This document shows positions 45,980-55,255 of a DNA stretch of 64,000 nt, piece by piece. This DNA is from Vicinamibacteria bacterium (GTDB lineage: Bacteria > Acidobacteriota > Vicinamibacteria > Marinacidobacterales > Marinacidobacteraceae). The stretch covers positions 692,680 through 756,679 of the forward strand of contig OY729431.1 of assembly GCA_963422395.1 (NCBI GenBank), given 5' to 3'. A program made the position numbers and the translations under genes. Within the stretch, counting starts at the first letter, position 1, and each line of letters starts with the position of its first letter. The notes below the pieces were generated by a model that saw only the letters and a program-made list of their open reading frames with translations, had not been told where the DNA came from and did no database searches.

Positions 45980-46756
45980 CTAACGGGCTCCCCGCGGCTC
46001 TCCGTTCGGCGGCCGGGCAGACGCCTGCCCCGGGTGAGGTTCGCCCGAGTTCGTTCCTGCCAGCAGGCCTCTCGCCGCCGAAACCGAAGGCGTGCGCGCG
46101 AAAGCGGTCCCGCGCAGATGCCGGGCGGCGAGTTCGTCGAAGGCGGCTTCGGGCGCGGTGAGCGTTCTTCGAGAGAGCCGGGCTGCCATCAGCCCGGTGC
46201 GGGTGTGGGGACAGTCCGGCGCGATCGAGTGGGTGAGTTCGTGGGCGAGCACCCGTCCCAGGGCGATGCCGAGCTGCCGGACGCCCGCGGCGGTCTTCGC
46301 TCGGCTCGGGGCGCTGCGAGAGTCCCCGGACCGCCGCCAGCCGATCGCCCGTTCCGCTGCCCCGCGGGAGAGGAACACCGAACGGCGCTTCCCTTCGGCG
46401 CCGATCGCCACCCCGATCGTTGCCGCGGGCGTCCCCCAGTGCTCGGGAAGCTCCGGATAGATCGTTGCCGGGATCACTTCGGGCCCTCCGGCCCGGACGA
46501 AGCGGATCCCCACTCCGCTCCGTGCGAAGGCGGCCGTCGTCTCTCCCTGGATCCACTTCCGCATCTCCCCTTCCAGGAGCCGGTACGGGTCGTAGAGGCA
46601 CACCCGGAGCGGGCGGGTGCGGAGTGGGGCCGGCTCCCGAGCCTGCCGCGAGAGCGAGGCGTCCGCGGCGGAGAGCGAGGCGTCTGCGGCAGAGCCGGCG
46701 CCGGCGAAGAGGGACAAAATCCCGGCGAGGGGGAGGAGCAGGAATCGAACACGCAT
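45980..46756 (-). CDS. Secreted putative zinc metalloprotease (HExxH)
   Basis: Signal peptide MRVRFLLLPLAGILSLFAGAGSA. HELTH motif in VLAHELTHSIAPDCPHT. Tandem-repeat-encoded ASLSAADASLS near the N-terminus. Confidence 0.4.
   Translation of the reverse strand: MRVRFLLLPLAGILSLFAGAGSAADASLSAADASLSRQAREPAPLRTRPLRVCLYDPYRLLEGEMRKWIQGETTAAFARSGVGIRFVRAGGPEVIPATIYPELPEHWGTPAATIGVAIGAEGKRRSVFLSRGAAERAIGWRRSGDSRSAPSRAKTAAGVRQLGIALGRVLAHELTHSIAPDCPHTRTGLMAARLSRRTLTAPEAAFDELAARHLRGTAFARTPSVSAARGLLAGTNSGEPHPGQASARPPNGEPRGAR
46640..46700. repeat. Two tandem copies of a ~21-bp unit (gagagcgaggcgtcYgcggcR)
   Basis: gagagcgaggcgtccgcggcggagagcgaggcgtctgcggcagag. Encodes ASLSAADASLSAAD in the minus-strand HExxH protein. 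Confidence 0.6.
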
Positions 46757-48098
46757 GACTCCGCTGACGCAGTACTCCGCGACGGGTTCGGAATCCGCCC
46801 CGAGTTCAACGAATTCGCGGGATCCGTTGAATCCGGGTCCAAATCCTCGATCGGAGCGGCGCCGTGAGCCGCGCCCGGAACCGCCGGATCTGGCGGTCCG
46901 CAGCCCGCTTCGTTTCGACTGCGCCGTCGTCGGCGGCGGAATCGTCGGCCTCGCCGTCGCTCGGCGGCTCCAAGGTCCCCGCGGCGCCGGTTCGGTGGTG
47001 GTGATCGAGAAGGAGTCGGAGATCGCTCGTCACCAGACGGGACGGAACAGCGGCGTCATCCATTCCGGCATCTACTACCGGCCGGGCTCGCTCCGAGCCC
47101 GGAACTGCCGTAGGGGAGTGGAGCTCCTGCTGCGGTTCTGCCGCGATCACGGCGTGCCCTTCGCGCTCTCGGGGAAGGTCATCGTGGCCGCGAATCCGGC
47201 GGAGCGGGAACGGCTCGGAGAACTCCTGCGGCGCGGCGAACGAAACGGCGTTCCCGGCCTCCGCCTGCTCGACCGGCGGGGGCTCCGGGAGATCGAGCCG
47301 CATGCGGAGGGAACGGCGGCGATCCATTCGCCCGGCACCGGCGTCGTCCGTTTCCGCGAAGTCGCGAGGGCGCTCCGGCGCCGGTTCGAGTCCGCGGGAG
47401 GGGTCGTCATGACCGGCGCCCGGGTGCTCGGCGTGGTCGTTTCCGCCGACGGGACCCGGGTCCTCACGAGCGCGGGCGAGGTCGAATGCGCACGGCTGGT
47501 GAACTGCGCCGGCCTCCACGCCGATCGGGTCGCGCGGCTCGCCGGGGACGAGCCGGGCGTTTCCATCGTGCCCTTCCGCGGCGAGTACTACCGGGTGCGC
47601 CCCGAGCGGTCGGGGCTCGTCCGGAGCCTCGTCTATCCAACCCCGGACCCGCGCTTTCCGTTCCTGGGGGTCCACCTGCACCGGAACCTCGACGGGCGAG
47701 TGGGCGCGGGGCCGAACGCGGTGCTCGCCGCAGCGCGCGAGGGATACCGGCGGCGCGATCTGAACTTCCGGGATCTGGGCGAGATGGTGAGGGATCCCGG
47801 GTTCCGGCGGCTCGCGCGGCGCGAATGGCGGACCGCCCTCGCCGAGATCCGGCGGTCGCTTTCCAAACCGGCGTTCGCCGCGGAGCTGCAGCGGCTGGTT
47901 CCCGAACTCGAAGAGGACGATCTCGAGCCCGGCCCGTCCGGGGTCCGGGCGATCGCCGTGTCCGCCGACGGCAGGATCGTCGACGACTTTCGCATCGTCC
48001 GCCGCGAGAATCGGACCCATGTGCTGAACGCGCCTTCTCCGGCGGCCACCGCCTGTCTCGCGATCGCCGAACAGGTCGCATCGCTCGTCCTGCAGTGA
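46755..48098 (+). CDS. FAD-dependent oxidoreductase, L-2-hydroxyglutarate oxidase (LhgO)-like
   Basis: FDCAVVGGGIVGLAVARRL (FAD Rossmann), SGVIHSGIYY, and a C-terminal LhgO-like region. ATG at 46755 overlaps the divergent neighbour start (CATG). A downstream alternative start is possible. Confidence 0.6.
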   Translation: MTPLTQYSATGSESAPSSTNSRDPLNPGPNPRSERRREPRPEPPDLAVRSPLRFDCAVVGGGIVGLAVARRLQGPRGAGSVVVIEKESEIARHQTGRNSGVIHSGIYYRPGSLRARNCRRGVELLLRFCRDHGVPFALSGKVIVAANPAERERLGELLRRGERNGVPGLRLLDRRGLREIEPHAEGTAAIHSPGTGVVRFREVARALRRRFESAGGVVMTGARVLGVVVSADGTRVLTSAGEVECARLVNCAGLHADRVARLAGDEPGVSIVPFRGEYYRVRPERSGLVRSLVYPTPDPRFPFLGVHLHRNLDGRVGAGPNAVLAAAREGYRRRDLNFRDLGEMVRDPGFRRLARREWRTALAEIRRSLSKPAFAAELQRLVPELEEDDLEPGPSGVRAIAVSADGRIVDDFRIVRRENRTHVLNAPSPAATACLAIAEQVASLVLQ

Positions 48099-48207
48099 GC
48101 CGCTGCCGTCCCACACACTGCCTTGCAGGAACCGCGCCGTGGCTGGAGAGCTGGTTCCGGGTAGGATCGAACCCCGTTCCCTGCCCGTTCCCTGGAGGAG
48201 TTTCTCG

Positions 48208-49533
48208 ATGCGCCTGCTGTATCCCCGACTGCCGATCCGGGTCACCGGCGGAATTCTCGCCGCCGGCGGAATCCTCGCCGCCTCCACCGCAGCGGCCCTG
48301 CCGGCGGAGAGATCGCTGGTGATCCGCGCCGACCGGCTCATCGTCGGCACCGACGCTCCGGTGATCCTCGCTCCGGTGGTGGTCATCGAGGGTGAGCGGA
48401 TCGTGGCGGTGGGCCCGGACGGCGCCGTTTCGGTGCCTGCGGATGCCGAGCTGCTCGATCTCTCCGGGCACACGATCCTCCCCGGGCTGTTCGATTGCCA
48501 TGTCCACCTGGGCGGGATTCCGGGTGACGGCGGCGACACCCAGAAGATGCGGGAGACCGTGGCGCACGAGGCGATCTATGGAGTGGCGCACGCGAAGATC
48601 ACCCTGGAGCAGGGTTTCACCAGCGTTCGCAACATCGGGGCGGGGAACTACCACGACGCCGCGCTCCGCGACATGATCGAGCGCGGGATCGTTCCCGGGC
48701 CCCGGATCCAGGCGGCCACCTGGGGCGTGGGCGCGACCGGCGGCCATGCGGACATCAACGGCTGGAATCCCGATGTCCCGACCCCCGGGTACGCGATGAT
48801 CGCGGACGGCGCGGATGCGCTCCGCCGCGCGGTGCGCTACCAGGTCAAGTACGGCGCCGATGTCATCAAGGTCACCGCGTCGGGCGGGGTCCTCTCCCAC
48901 GGCGATTCGATCTACGACCAGGCGTACAGTCTCGAAGAGCTCCGGGCCATCGTCGAGACTGCGGACATGCTCGACACGCCGGTCGGAGCGCACGCTCACT
49001 CGCCCGCGGCCATGAACGACGCCATCCGCGCCGGGGTGGCCAGCATCGAACACGGAACCCTGATAGACGACGAAGGCATCCGCCTCGCCAGGGAGCACGG
49101 CACGTTCGTGGTCCCGACGCTCTACACCCTCGACTACCTCATCGAGGAAGGCGCCGAAAACGGCGTCCCCGAATACGCGATCGCCAAGGCCCGGGAGATC
49201 GCAGTGCTGCAGCGCGAGCGGCTGGCCGCCGCTTTCCACGCCGGAGTCAGGTTCGCCTACGGCACCGACGCCGCCGTGTTTCCCCACGGCAGGAACGCGA
49301 GAGACTTCGCGATCATGGTGGAGGCGATGGACATCTCGCCGATGGCGGCGATTCGCACCGCCACCCTGAACGCCGCCGAGCTGCTTCGCTGGGAGAAGGA
49401 TCTCGGCTCTCTCGAGGAGGGAAAGCTCGCCGACATCATCGCGGTCGAGGGAGATCCGCTCGAGAACATCCGGCTGCTCGAGGATGTCCGCTTCGTGATG
49501 AAAGGCGGCGAGGTCGTCGTGAGCCCTCGCTGA
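48208..49533 (+). CDS. Metal-dependent amidohydrolase (imidazolonepropionase/Xaa-Pro dipeptidase-like), secreted
   Basis: GGAGGA RBS then MRLLYPRLPIRVTGGILAAGGILAASTAAAL. LPGLFDCHVHLGG is the HxH metal site. AHAHSPAA and AYGTDA match the amidohydrolase pattern. Confidence 0.7.
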   Translation: MRLLYPRLPIRVTGGILAAGGILAASTAAALPAERSLVIRADRLIVGTDAPVILAPVVVIEGERIVAVGPDGAVSVPADAELLDLSGHTILPGLFDCHVHLGGIPGDGGDTQKMRETVAHEAIYGVAHAKITLEQGFTSVRNIGAGNYHDAALRDMIERGIVPGPRIQAATWGVGATGGHADINGWNPDVPTPGYAMIADGADALRRAVRYQVKYGADVIKVTASGGVLSHGDSIYDQAYSLEELRAIVETADMLDTPVGAHAHSPAAMNDAIRAGVASIEHGTLIDDEGIRLAREHGTFVVPTLYTLDYLIEEGAENGVPEYAIAKAREIAVLQRERLAAAFHAGVRFAYGTDAAVFPHGRNARDFAIMVEAMDISPMAAIRTATLNAAELLRWEKDLGSLEEGKLADIIAVEGDPLENIRLLEDVRFVMKGGEVVVSPR

Positions 49534-49577
49534 CCGGATCGGGTCCGGCCGGGTCGGACCCCGAGCCTGGAATCCGG

Positions 49578-51017
49578 CTAACCGTCTCCGATGAGGGCCC
49601 TCAGGATCTCGAGGAATTCGTCGAGATGTTCCGCGTGGGTGCGGAAGATGCCGATCGAGGGGCGGAGCCAGAAGCGGCCGTGGAGCCAGGTCGCGGTGAT
49701 GAAGATCCGCCCGTCGGCGTGTATCTCGTCGAGCAGCTTCCGGTTCAGAGCGTCCGTCTCTTCCGGAGACTTCCGGGCCGGCCGCCAGCGAAAGCACATC
49801 GTGGACAGTTCCGGGGGCGGTCCGACCTCGATCTCCGGCCAGCCGCTGAGCTCTTCCTGGAGATAGCACGCGAGCCGCCATTTCTCCTCCAGCGCGGCGG
49901 CGAAGGCATCGGTGCCGTGGAGGAGAAGGGGGAGGAACATCCGCAGCCCGCGGAAGTGCCGGGTGAGTTCCACGGAGCGCTCCGAGGGGGACGGCTCCGC
50001 CTGGGGGGCGTCCACCAGGTAGGGAGCGTCGAAGCGAAAGGTGTCGAGGTGCTTCGCTTCCCGGACCACGACGGCCCCGCTGCCGTAGGGGAGAAAAAGG
50101 CTCTTGTGGGGGTCGAGGACGATGGAGTCCGATTCCTCGATGCCGCGGAACAGCTGCCGGCGCGCGGGCACCAGCAGGAAGAACCCGCCGTAGGCCGCGT
50201 CCACATGGTGCCAGAGACCCTCGGCGCGGGCGATCCGGGAGATCGCTTGCAGCGGATCCACGGCGCCGGTGTTCGTCGTGCCGGCGGCGGAGACCACGAG
50301 CCAGGGGAGCAGCCCGCCGCTGCGGTCTTCCAGGACCTGCCGGGCCAGTTCTTCGGGAACCATCCGATAGTGCCGGTCCACCGGGATCCTCCGGCAGGGG
50401 GCTTCCCCGAGCCCGGCCAGATGTACCGCCTTGTGCACCGAATAGTGCTCCTGGTCCGTCACATACACGACCGCCCGCGAGAAATCCCGGGAGCGCAGCC
50501 CGCGGGCGTCCCGAGCGGCGATGATTCCGGTCAGTCCGGCGACGCTTCCCCCCGAAGTCAGGGTTCCCCCGGAGCCTTCGGGGTATCCCGCCAGCTCGGC
50601 GATCCAGCGCACCAGCCGGTTCTCGAGGTGCACGGCGCCGGGTGAGGCGGGGAAATACCCGGCGAACGCGTTGCCCACCGCCGCCAGGTAATCGCCGAGA
50701 GCGCTCGCGAACACGCCGCCGCCAGGAACCCACCCCAGATCCCGCGGCGAGGCGGGGTTCAGGCCCTGCTGCTCGATTTCCCGGCGGATCAGGTCGAGGA
50801 GTTCCGCGAGCGGCCGACCTTCGGCACCGATCGGCAATCCGGTGATTTCGGGAGATCCGGTCGGTGGACGCCAGGCGGGTCCGTCGGGAAGGGAGTCGAG
50901 GAATTCCTCGGCATGGCGAACGGCCGCATCGGTCAGGGCGCGCCGCGCCGTCGATCCCGGTTCGAGTCCTGCCGCCCGTCGGCGAAGCGCCTGGGCCTGT
51001 CGGCGAAGTTCGTTCAT
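49578..51017 (-). CDS. PLP-dependent amino-acid decarboxylase (group II, aromatic-L-amino-acid/glutamate decarboxylase-like)
   Basis: 479 aa. PLP-lysine motif SIVLDPHKSLFLPYGSGAVVV. Group II decarboxylase N-terminal and small-domain patterns present. Confidence 0.7.
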   Translation of the reverse strand: MNELRRQAQALRRRAAGLEPGSTARRALTDAAVRHAEEFLDSLPDGPAWRPPTGSPEITGLPIGAEGRPLAELLDLIRREIEQQGLNPASPRDLGWVPGGGVFASALGDYLAAVGNAFAGYFPASPGAVHLENRLVRWIAELAGYPEGSGGTLTSGGSVAGLTGIIAARDARGLRSRDFSRAVVYVTDQEHYSVHKAVHLAGLGEAPCRRIPVDRHYRMVPEELARQVLEDRSGGLLPWLVVSAAGTTNTGAVDPLQAISRIARAEGLWHHVDAAYGGFFLLVPARRQLFRGIEESDSIVLDPHKSLFLPYGSGAVVVREAKHLDTFRFDAPYLVDAPQAEPSPSERSVELTRHFRGLRMFLPLLLHGTDAFAAALEEKWRLACYLQEELSGWPEIEVGPPPELSTMCFRWRPARKSPEETDALNRKLLDEIHADGRIFITATWLHGRFWLRPSIGIFRTHAEHLDEFLEILRALIGDG

Positions 51018-52450
51018 GAGCTCCTCGTCAGTCTAGGACGCTGCCTTCCGGCGCCGCCGAGGAGGTATCCCAGCGCGCTGGCCGCGGTGAGGCCGAAAGC
51101 GTTCGGAATCAGCACTCCCCGCGGCAACAGCGCCGGGGCGAGAAACCAGTTCCAGTCGAGCGCGGTGTGGAGGAGCCAGAGCCCGGCGCCGGCAGCCATC
51201 GCCGCGAGCGCGGCCCGCGGCCCGCCCCGCTTTCCGAAGAGCCCTGCGGTCAACGGAACGAAGAGTCCCACCAGGGTGAGTTCGTAGGCGTCCTCGAGCA
51301 GCGAGTAGGCGTCGAGACCGCCGAAGGCGTAGAGGAGGCTGGCGGCGCCGACCAGGACGACCGAGATTCTGCTCAGGCGGAGTGTTCCCGCACGGGGCAG
51401 CGGGTGACGCAGGAGATTCTGCGCCAGCACCGACGCCGCCGAGATCAAGGCGCTGTCCACGGTGGAAAGCAGTGCGGAAACGACCACCAGCAGGAGCGCG
51501 AGCACGGCCAGCGGGCTGAAGAGGATCCGACTCAGCGCGGTCAGGAGGTCGCTGCCCGCAGCGGGGAGCAGCAGCCGCGCCGCGAGTCCGAGGACGACCG
51601 GGATCGCTCCCAGAGCGAGGTAGAGCCCGCCGGCGATCAGACAGGCGCGCCGCGCCACCCGTTCGGAGCGGGCGGCGAAGACCCGCTGCATCACATCCTG
51701 TCCGGGGATGTTGCCGAGCGCTCCGGCGAGCAGCAGCCCCGACCAGGCCATGAGAGCCATGGATCCGGAGGGCGCTGCCCGGAGCAGCGGGGGCGGAGTT
51801 TCCTGCCCGAGCCGGGCGATGCCGACGGCCAACGAGCCGCCGCCGAGTTCGGCGAACGCCGACACCGCGAGCGCCGCCAGCCCGACCGCCACGATGACTG
51901 CCTGCGCCGCGTCGGTGAGGGTCACCGACCACATCCCGCCGATCAGGGTGTATCCCACCGAGACCGCAGCGACTGCCAGCAGCGCAGCGCCCAGCGGTAT
52001 CCCGAAGAGCTCCCCCAGGAGCGCTCCGAGGACCGCGAACTGCGCCGCGATCCAGCCGAAGAAACTCGGAACCATGATCGCTGCCGAGACGATTTCGGCG
52101 CGGCGGCCGAAGCGGACGGCGAAGAAGTCGCCGAGGGTGAGGAGTCCGAGGCGCCGCAGCGGTCCGGCGTAGAACAACCCCACCAGCAGGAGGCAGATCC
52201 CCGGTCCGACGGGTTCGAGGGCGGCCGCCGGAAGCCCGGTTTCCCGGACCTCTTCCGCCGCTGCGAGCAGGGGGCCGGCGCCGAACCAGGTCGCCAGCAG
52301 GCTCAGCGCGGCGAGCCGGGTTCCCAGCTGCCGCCCGGCGACCAGATAGTCGGAGAGGGTGTGGATGCGCCGCCCGGCGAACCAGGCGACCCCGAAGAGA
52401 GCCGCGGTGTAGCACGCCAGCGCGGCGCCGAGAAGCGCAGTCGGCGCCAC
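51014..52450 (-). CDS. Sodium:solute symporter (SSS family) transporter
   Basis: 478 aa, about 13 TM helices, SSS N-terminal pattern DYLVAGRQLG. Stop overlaps the decarboxylase start (ATGA). Confidence 0.7.
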   Translation of the reverse strand: MAPTALLGAALACYTAALFGVAWFAGRRIHTLSDYLVAGRQLGTRLAALSLLATWFGAGPLLAAAEEVRETGLPAAALEPVGPGICLLLVGLFYAGPLRRLGLLTLGDFFAVRFGRRAEIVSAAIMVPSFFGWIAAQFAVLGALLGELFGIPLGAALLAVAAVSVGYTLIGGMWSVTLTDAAQAVIVAVGLAALAVSAFAELGGGSLAVGIARLGQETPPPLLRAAPSGSMALMAWSGLLLAGALGNIPGQDVMQRVFAARSERVARRACLIAGGLYLALGAIPVVLGLAARLLLPAAGSDLLTALSRILFSPLAVLALLLVVVSALLSTVDSALISAASVLAQNLLRHPLPRAGTLRLSRISVVLVGAASLLYAFGGLDAYSLLEDAYELTLVGLFVPLTAGLFGKRGGPRAALAAMAAGAGLWLLHTALDWNWFLAPALLPRGVLIPNAFGLTAASALGYLLGGAGRQRPRLTRSS

Positions 52451-52457
52451 CGCAGGG

Positions 52458-53888
52458 TCAATCCGGTCGGTGCAGGCGGAGAACGGCCTGCGTCCGTTCC
52501 GCTGGATCGGAACGGCCGAAGGTCCCGCCGAACACCATGGCGGCCAGGCTCAGCGGCAGCGCTACCAGGATGGGTCCGAGCCCGATCCCGAGCGCCGGAC
52601 CGGCGAACAGGACGAGGGTGTAGGCGAGGATCCCGACGACTAGCGCCGAGACTCCTCCGGCGAGGTTGGCGCGCCGCCACCAGATCCCGAAGACGACCGG
52701 CACGAAGAGGCCCGCCGAGAGCAGGCCGACGCCGGCGGTGTAGAAGCGGGTGAGCAGTTCGGGAGGCGAAAAGGCCCAGTAGAGCGCCGCCGCCCCGACG
52801 AGCCAGGTCGCCCCGAGACGCGCTGCCGCCTGCGTCCGCTTGCCTCTTCGGGACAGCGATCCGCCGAACAGGTCGTGGCAGATCGCCGAACTCACCGCGA
52901 GCAGGAAGGCGTCGGTGGTGGACATGACCGCCGCCAGCACCGCAGCGACCGCGATGCCCCGCAGGATGGGCCCGAAGCGGTCGGCGACGATGCGCAGGAA
53001 CACCTCGTCGGGATCGGTCAGACCGGGGAACTCCACGATTCCCACCGGGGCGACCACGAGGATCGCGGCGAGGATCATCACCCCGTACCCGACGGTGGCG
53101 AGGTTGAGCGAAATCCGCGCGCTCCGGGGGGTCCTCGCGGTGGCCACCCGCATCACGATGTGCGGGATGACCGGGATGGCGGTGGCCCAGATGATGAAGT
53201 AGCTCGGATAGCCGCCGCCGCCCGCGGGCAGCCGTCCGAAAGCCGGAGAAGCGGCGGTGGCTTCCGCGAGCGGGGAGAACGGCGAACCCGCGGCGGCGAT
53301 CACCGCCGTCGTGACCGCTCCCATGAGCAGGAACAACAGCGCCCCCTGCATCACATCGGTGACCGTGACCGCCACCATCCCGCCGAAGGACACATACAGG
53401 ACGAACACCAGTGTGGCGACCGTGATCGCGGTCCGGTAATCCACTCCCAGGAGCGCTTCGGCGGTGATCCCCGCTGCTTTCATCTGGGCCACCATGTACA
53501 CCGTCAGCGACACCACGATGATCGTGGGGACCAGGACCCGCACCACCCGGTGGGGGTAGCGGAAGACCAGGAAGTCGGTGATCGTGAACCGGGCCAGCCG
53601 CCGGAGCGGAGCGGCGACCAGGATGGCGGCGAGCGGAAACCCCACGACCGCCCCGGCGAAGAGCGCGAGCGTCGCCGGAATGCCGCCCGAGTAGGCGAGC
53701 CCGAGCACCCCCACCAGCGATCCGCCGCTCGCGAGGCTGGCCAGGATCGCGAGCGCGTTCACCCCGGCGCCCACCCGCCGCCCGGCCACCCAGTACTCGT
53801 CGGCCGAGCCGAGCACCCGGCGGGTCGCCAGTGCCCCGACGACCACGCAGACCAGCAGGTAGGCGAGGACGAGCCAGCGTTCGATCAT
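52458..53888 (-). CDS. Sodium:solute symporter (SSS family) transporter, second copy
   Basis: Real start MIERWLVLAYLLVCVVVGALATRRVLGSADEYWVAGRRVG. The upstream 55 aa of the track ORF are spurious. Its start lies 3 bp after the stop of the small membrane protein gene. Confidence 0.7.
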   Translation of the reverse strand: MIERWLVLAYLLVCVVVGALATRRVLGSADEYWVAGRRVGAGVNALAILASLASGGSLVGVLGLAYSGGIPATLALFAGAVVGFPLAAILVAAPLRRLARFTITDFLVFRYPHRVVRVLVPTIIVVSLTVYMVAQMKAAGITAEALLGVDYRTAITVATLVFVLYVSFGGMVAVTVTDVMQGALLFLLMGAVTTAVIAAAGSPFSPLAEATAASPAFGRLPAGGGGYPSYFIIWATAIPVIPHIVMRVATARTPRSARISLNLATVGYGVMILAAILVVAPVGIVEFPGLTDPDEVFLRIVADRFGPILRGIAVAAVLAAVMSTTDAFLLAVSSAICHDLFGGSLSRRGKRTQAAARLGATWLVGAAALYWAFSPPELLTRFYTAGVGLLSAGLFVPVVFGIWWRRANLAGGVSALVVGILAYTLVLFAGPALGIGLGPILVALPLSLAAMVFGGTFGRSDPAERTQAVLRLHRPD

Positions 53889-54118
53889 GGATTTTTTCCG
53901 GACCCGGCCCGATCGGCGGGCTCGTCCCGTTCCGCCGGCGGAGCGGCTTCCGACAGGAGAAGCAGCAGCAGGATCGCCGGCGACCCCAGCAACAGGGCCG
54001 CCATGAGCCAGCCGAATGCCGCCACCCCGAGCACCTGGATATCCCGGAACCACGGCAGGAAGGCCAGCGCCGAGAACCCGATCAGCCCGACGAGTGCGGC
54101 GCGCTCCCTCCGGGGCAT
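53885..54118 (-). CDS. Small two-TM membrane protein, DUF4212-like putative symporter accessory subunit
   Basis: 77 aa: MPRRERAALVGLIGFSALAFLPWFRDIQVLGVAAFGWLMAALLLGSPAILLLLLLSEAAPP.... Sits immediately upstream of an SSS transporter, as DUF4212 genes typically do. Derived from the tail of the 53885..55084 track ORF. Confidence 0.45.
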   Translation of the reverse strand: MPRRERAALVGLIGFSALAFLPWFRDIQVLGVAAFGWLMAALLLGSPAILLLLLLSEAAPPAERDEPADRAGSGKNP

Positions 54119-54313
54119 CGGAAAGAAGCGGCGACTCGTGGTTCGGGGGTCTGGCAGCGGCACGATTCGGGAGGGATACCGAGTGTATTCCGATCGAACC
54201 GCAAAGCCGGCCGCTCGCTGCGCGGCCAGCATGGCCCCGCGAACTCGCAGCGGGGCGACTTCGTCCACCCGCTGTCGAAGCTCCCCTATCATGGCCGCCG
54301 CTCCGATCGGAAC

Positions 54314-55114
54314 CGGCCCACCGTGCGCGTCATCACCTGGAACCTCAATTCGATCCGCACCCGCCGGAACCGGCTGTTCCGCCTGCTCGAGCGCCACCGG
54401 CCCGATGTCCTGTGCCTTCAGGAACTTCGCGCCGAGGCCGGAGTTTTTCCCACCGCCGAGGTGCGGGCCGCCGGATACCACGCACTCGTCCACGCGCAAG
54501 CAGCGCGGAACGGGGTGGCGATCCTTTCCCGGGAGCCCGCCCGAGAACGGCGCCGCGGCTTGCCGCCTTGCGCGGCGCGCGGCGAAGCGCGGCTGCTCGA
54601 CGCCTCGGTGGGGGGAGTGCGGGTGGTCTCTGCGTATGTCCCCAACGGCAAGGCGGTCACCCATCCCGACTGGGAGTACAAGCTGGGCTGGTTCACCGGG
54701 CTGCGGGAGCACCTCGATCGGGAAGGGGACGCCGGGGAGGCCCTGATCCTCTGCGGCGACTTCAATGTGGCGCCCAGCGATCGGGACGCGAGCTCGCCGA
54801 GCCGGGAGAGCGTGCTCTGCCATCCTGCGGCCCGGGCCGCGCTCGCCCGCATCCGGACCTGGGGGCTCCTCGACGCCTACCGGCTGGTCTTCGCCGAGGG
54901 CGAAGAACCGAAGAAGGGGATCTACACCTGGTGGGACTACACCCGGATGGCCTTCGCTCGGAACGAGGGGGCGCGGATAGACCACATCTATCTCACCCGG
55001 CCGCTCGCCGGGAAGGTCGAAGCCGTCTTCGTGGACCGCGACGAGCGCCGCCAGAAGAAGGGGCAGGACATCCCCTCGGACCACGCCCCGGTGGTCTGCG
55101 ATCTCGCCCTCTGA
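54314..55114 (+). CDS. xth: Exodeoxyribonuclease III (Xth) / AP endonuclease
   Basis: GTG start gives MRVITWNLNSIRTRRNRLF...DVLCLQELR...NGVAIL...CGDFNVAPSD...IDHIYL...PSDHAPV, the canonical ExoIII motifs. Confidence 0.7.
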   Translation, partial: RPTVRVITWNLNSIRTRRNRLFRLLERHRPDVLCLQELRAEAGVFPTAEVRAAGYHALVHAQAARNGVAILSREPARERRRGLPPCAARGEARLLDASVGGVRVVSAYVPNGKAVTHPDWEYKLGWFTGLREHLDREGDAGEALILCGDFNVAPSDRDASSPSRESVLCHPAARAALARIRTWGLLDAYRLVFAEGEEPKKGIYTWWDYTRMAFARNEGARIDHIYLTRPLAGKVEAVFVDRDERRQKKGQDIPSDHAPVVCDLAL

Positions 55115-55255
55115 CCCGTCAGCGCCGCCCGCTCCGGGAGCGCAGCGCGCGGCGAATGGCTCTTGCGTCGGAAGGGTCTCTTGTCCTACCCTTGTCTGCT
55201 ACTCGCTGCGTCTTCGGAACCGGTTTTCCCTAGCCGCTCTCCAGCGTTCAGAACC

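Noticed and set aside
47464-50733. 1089-aa minus-strand ORF spanning the LhgO-like, amidohydrolase and decarboxylase loci; likewise 46806-48539 and 45357-46601
   Set aside because: It crosses three independently supported genes on both strands. The translation is RRRPG-type low complexity with no motifs. It is a GC-driven artefact.
51033-55233. Alternate-frame ORFs 51033-52415 -, 51167-52753 +, 52875-54746 +, 54016-55233 +, and the bulk of 53885-55084 -
   Set aside because: They shadow the SSS transporters and xth. Only the last 77 codons of 53885-55084 (53885-54118) form a plausible small membrane-protein gene.
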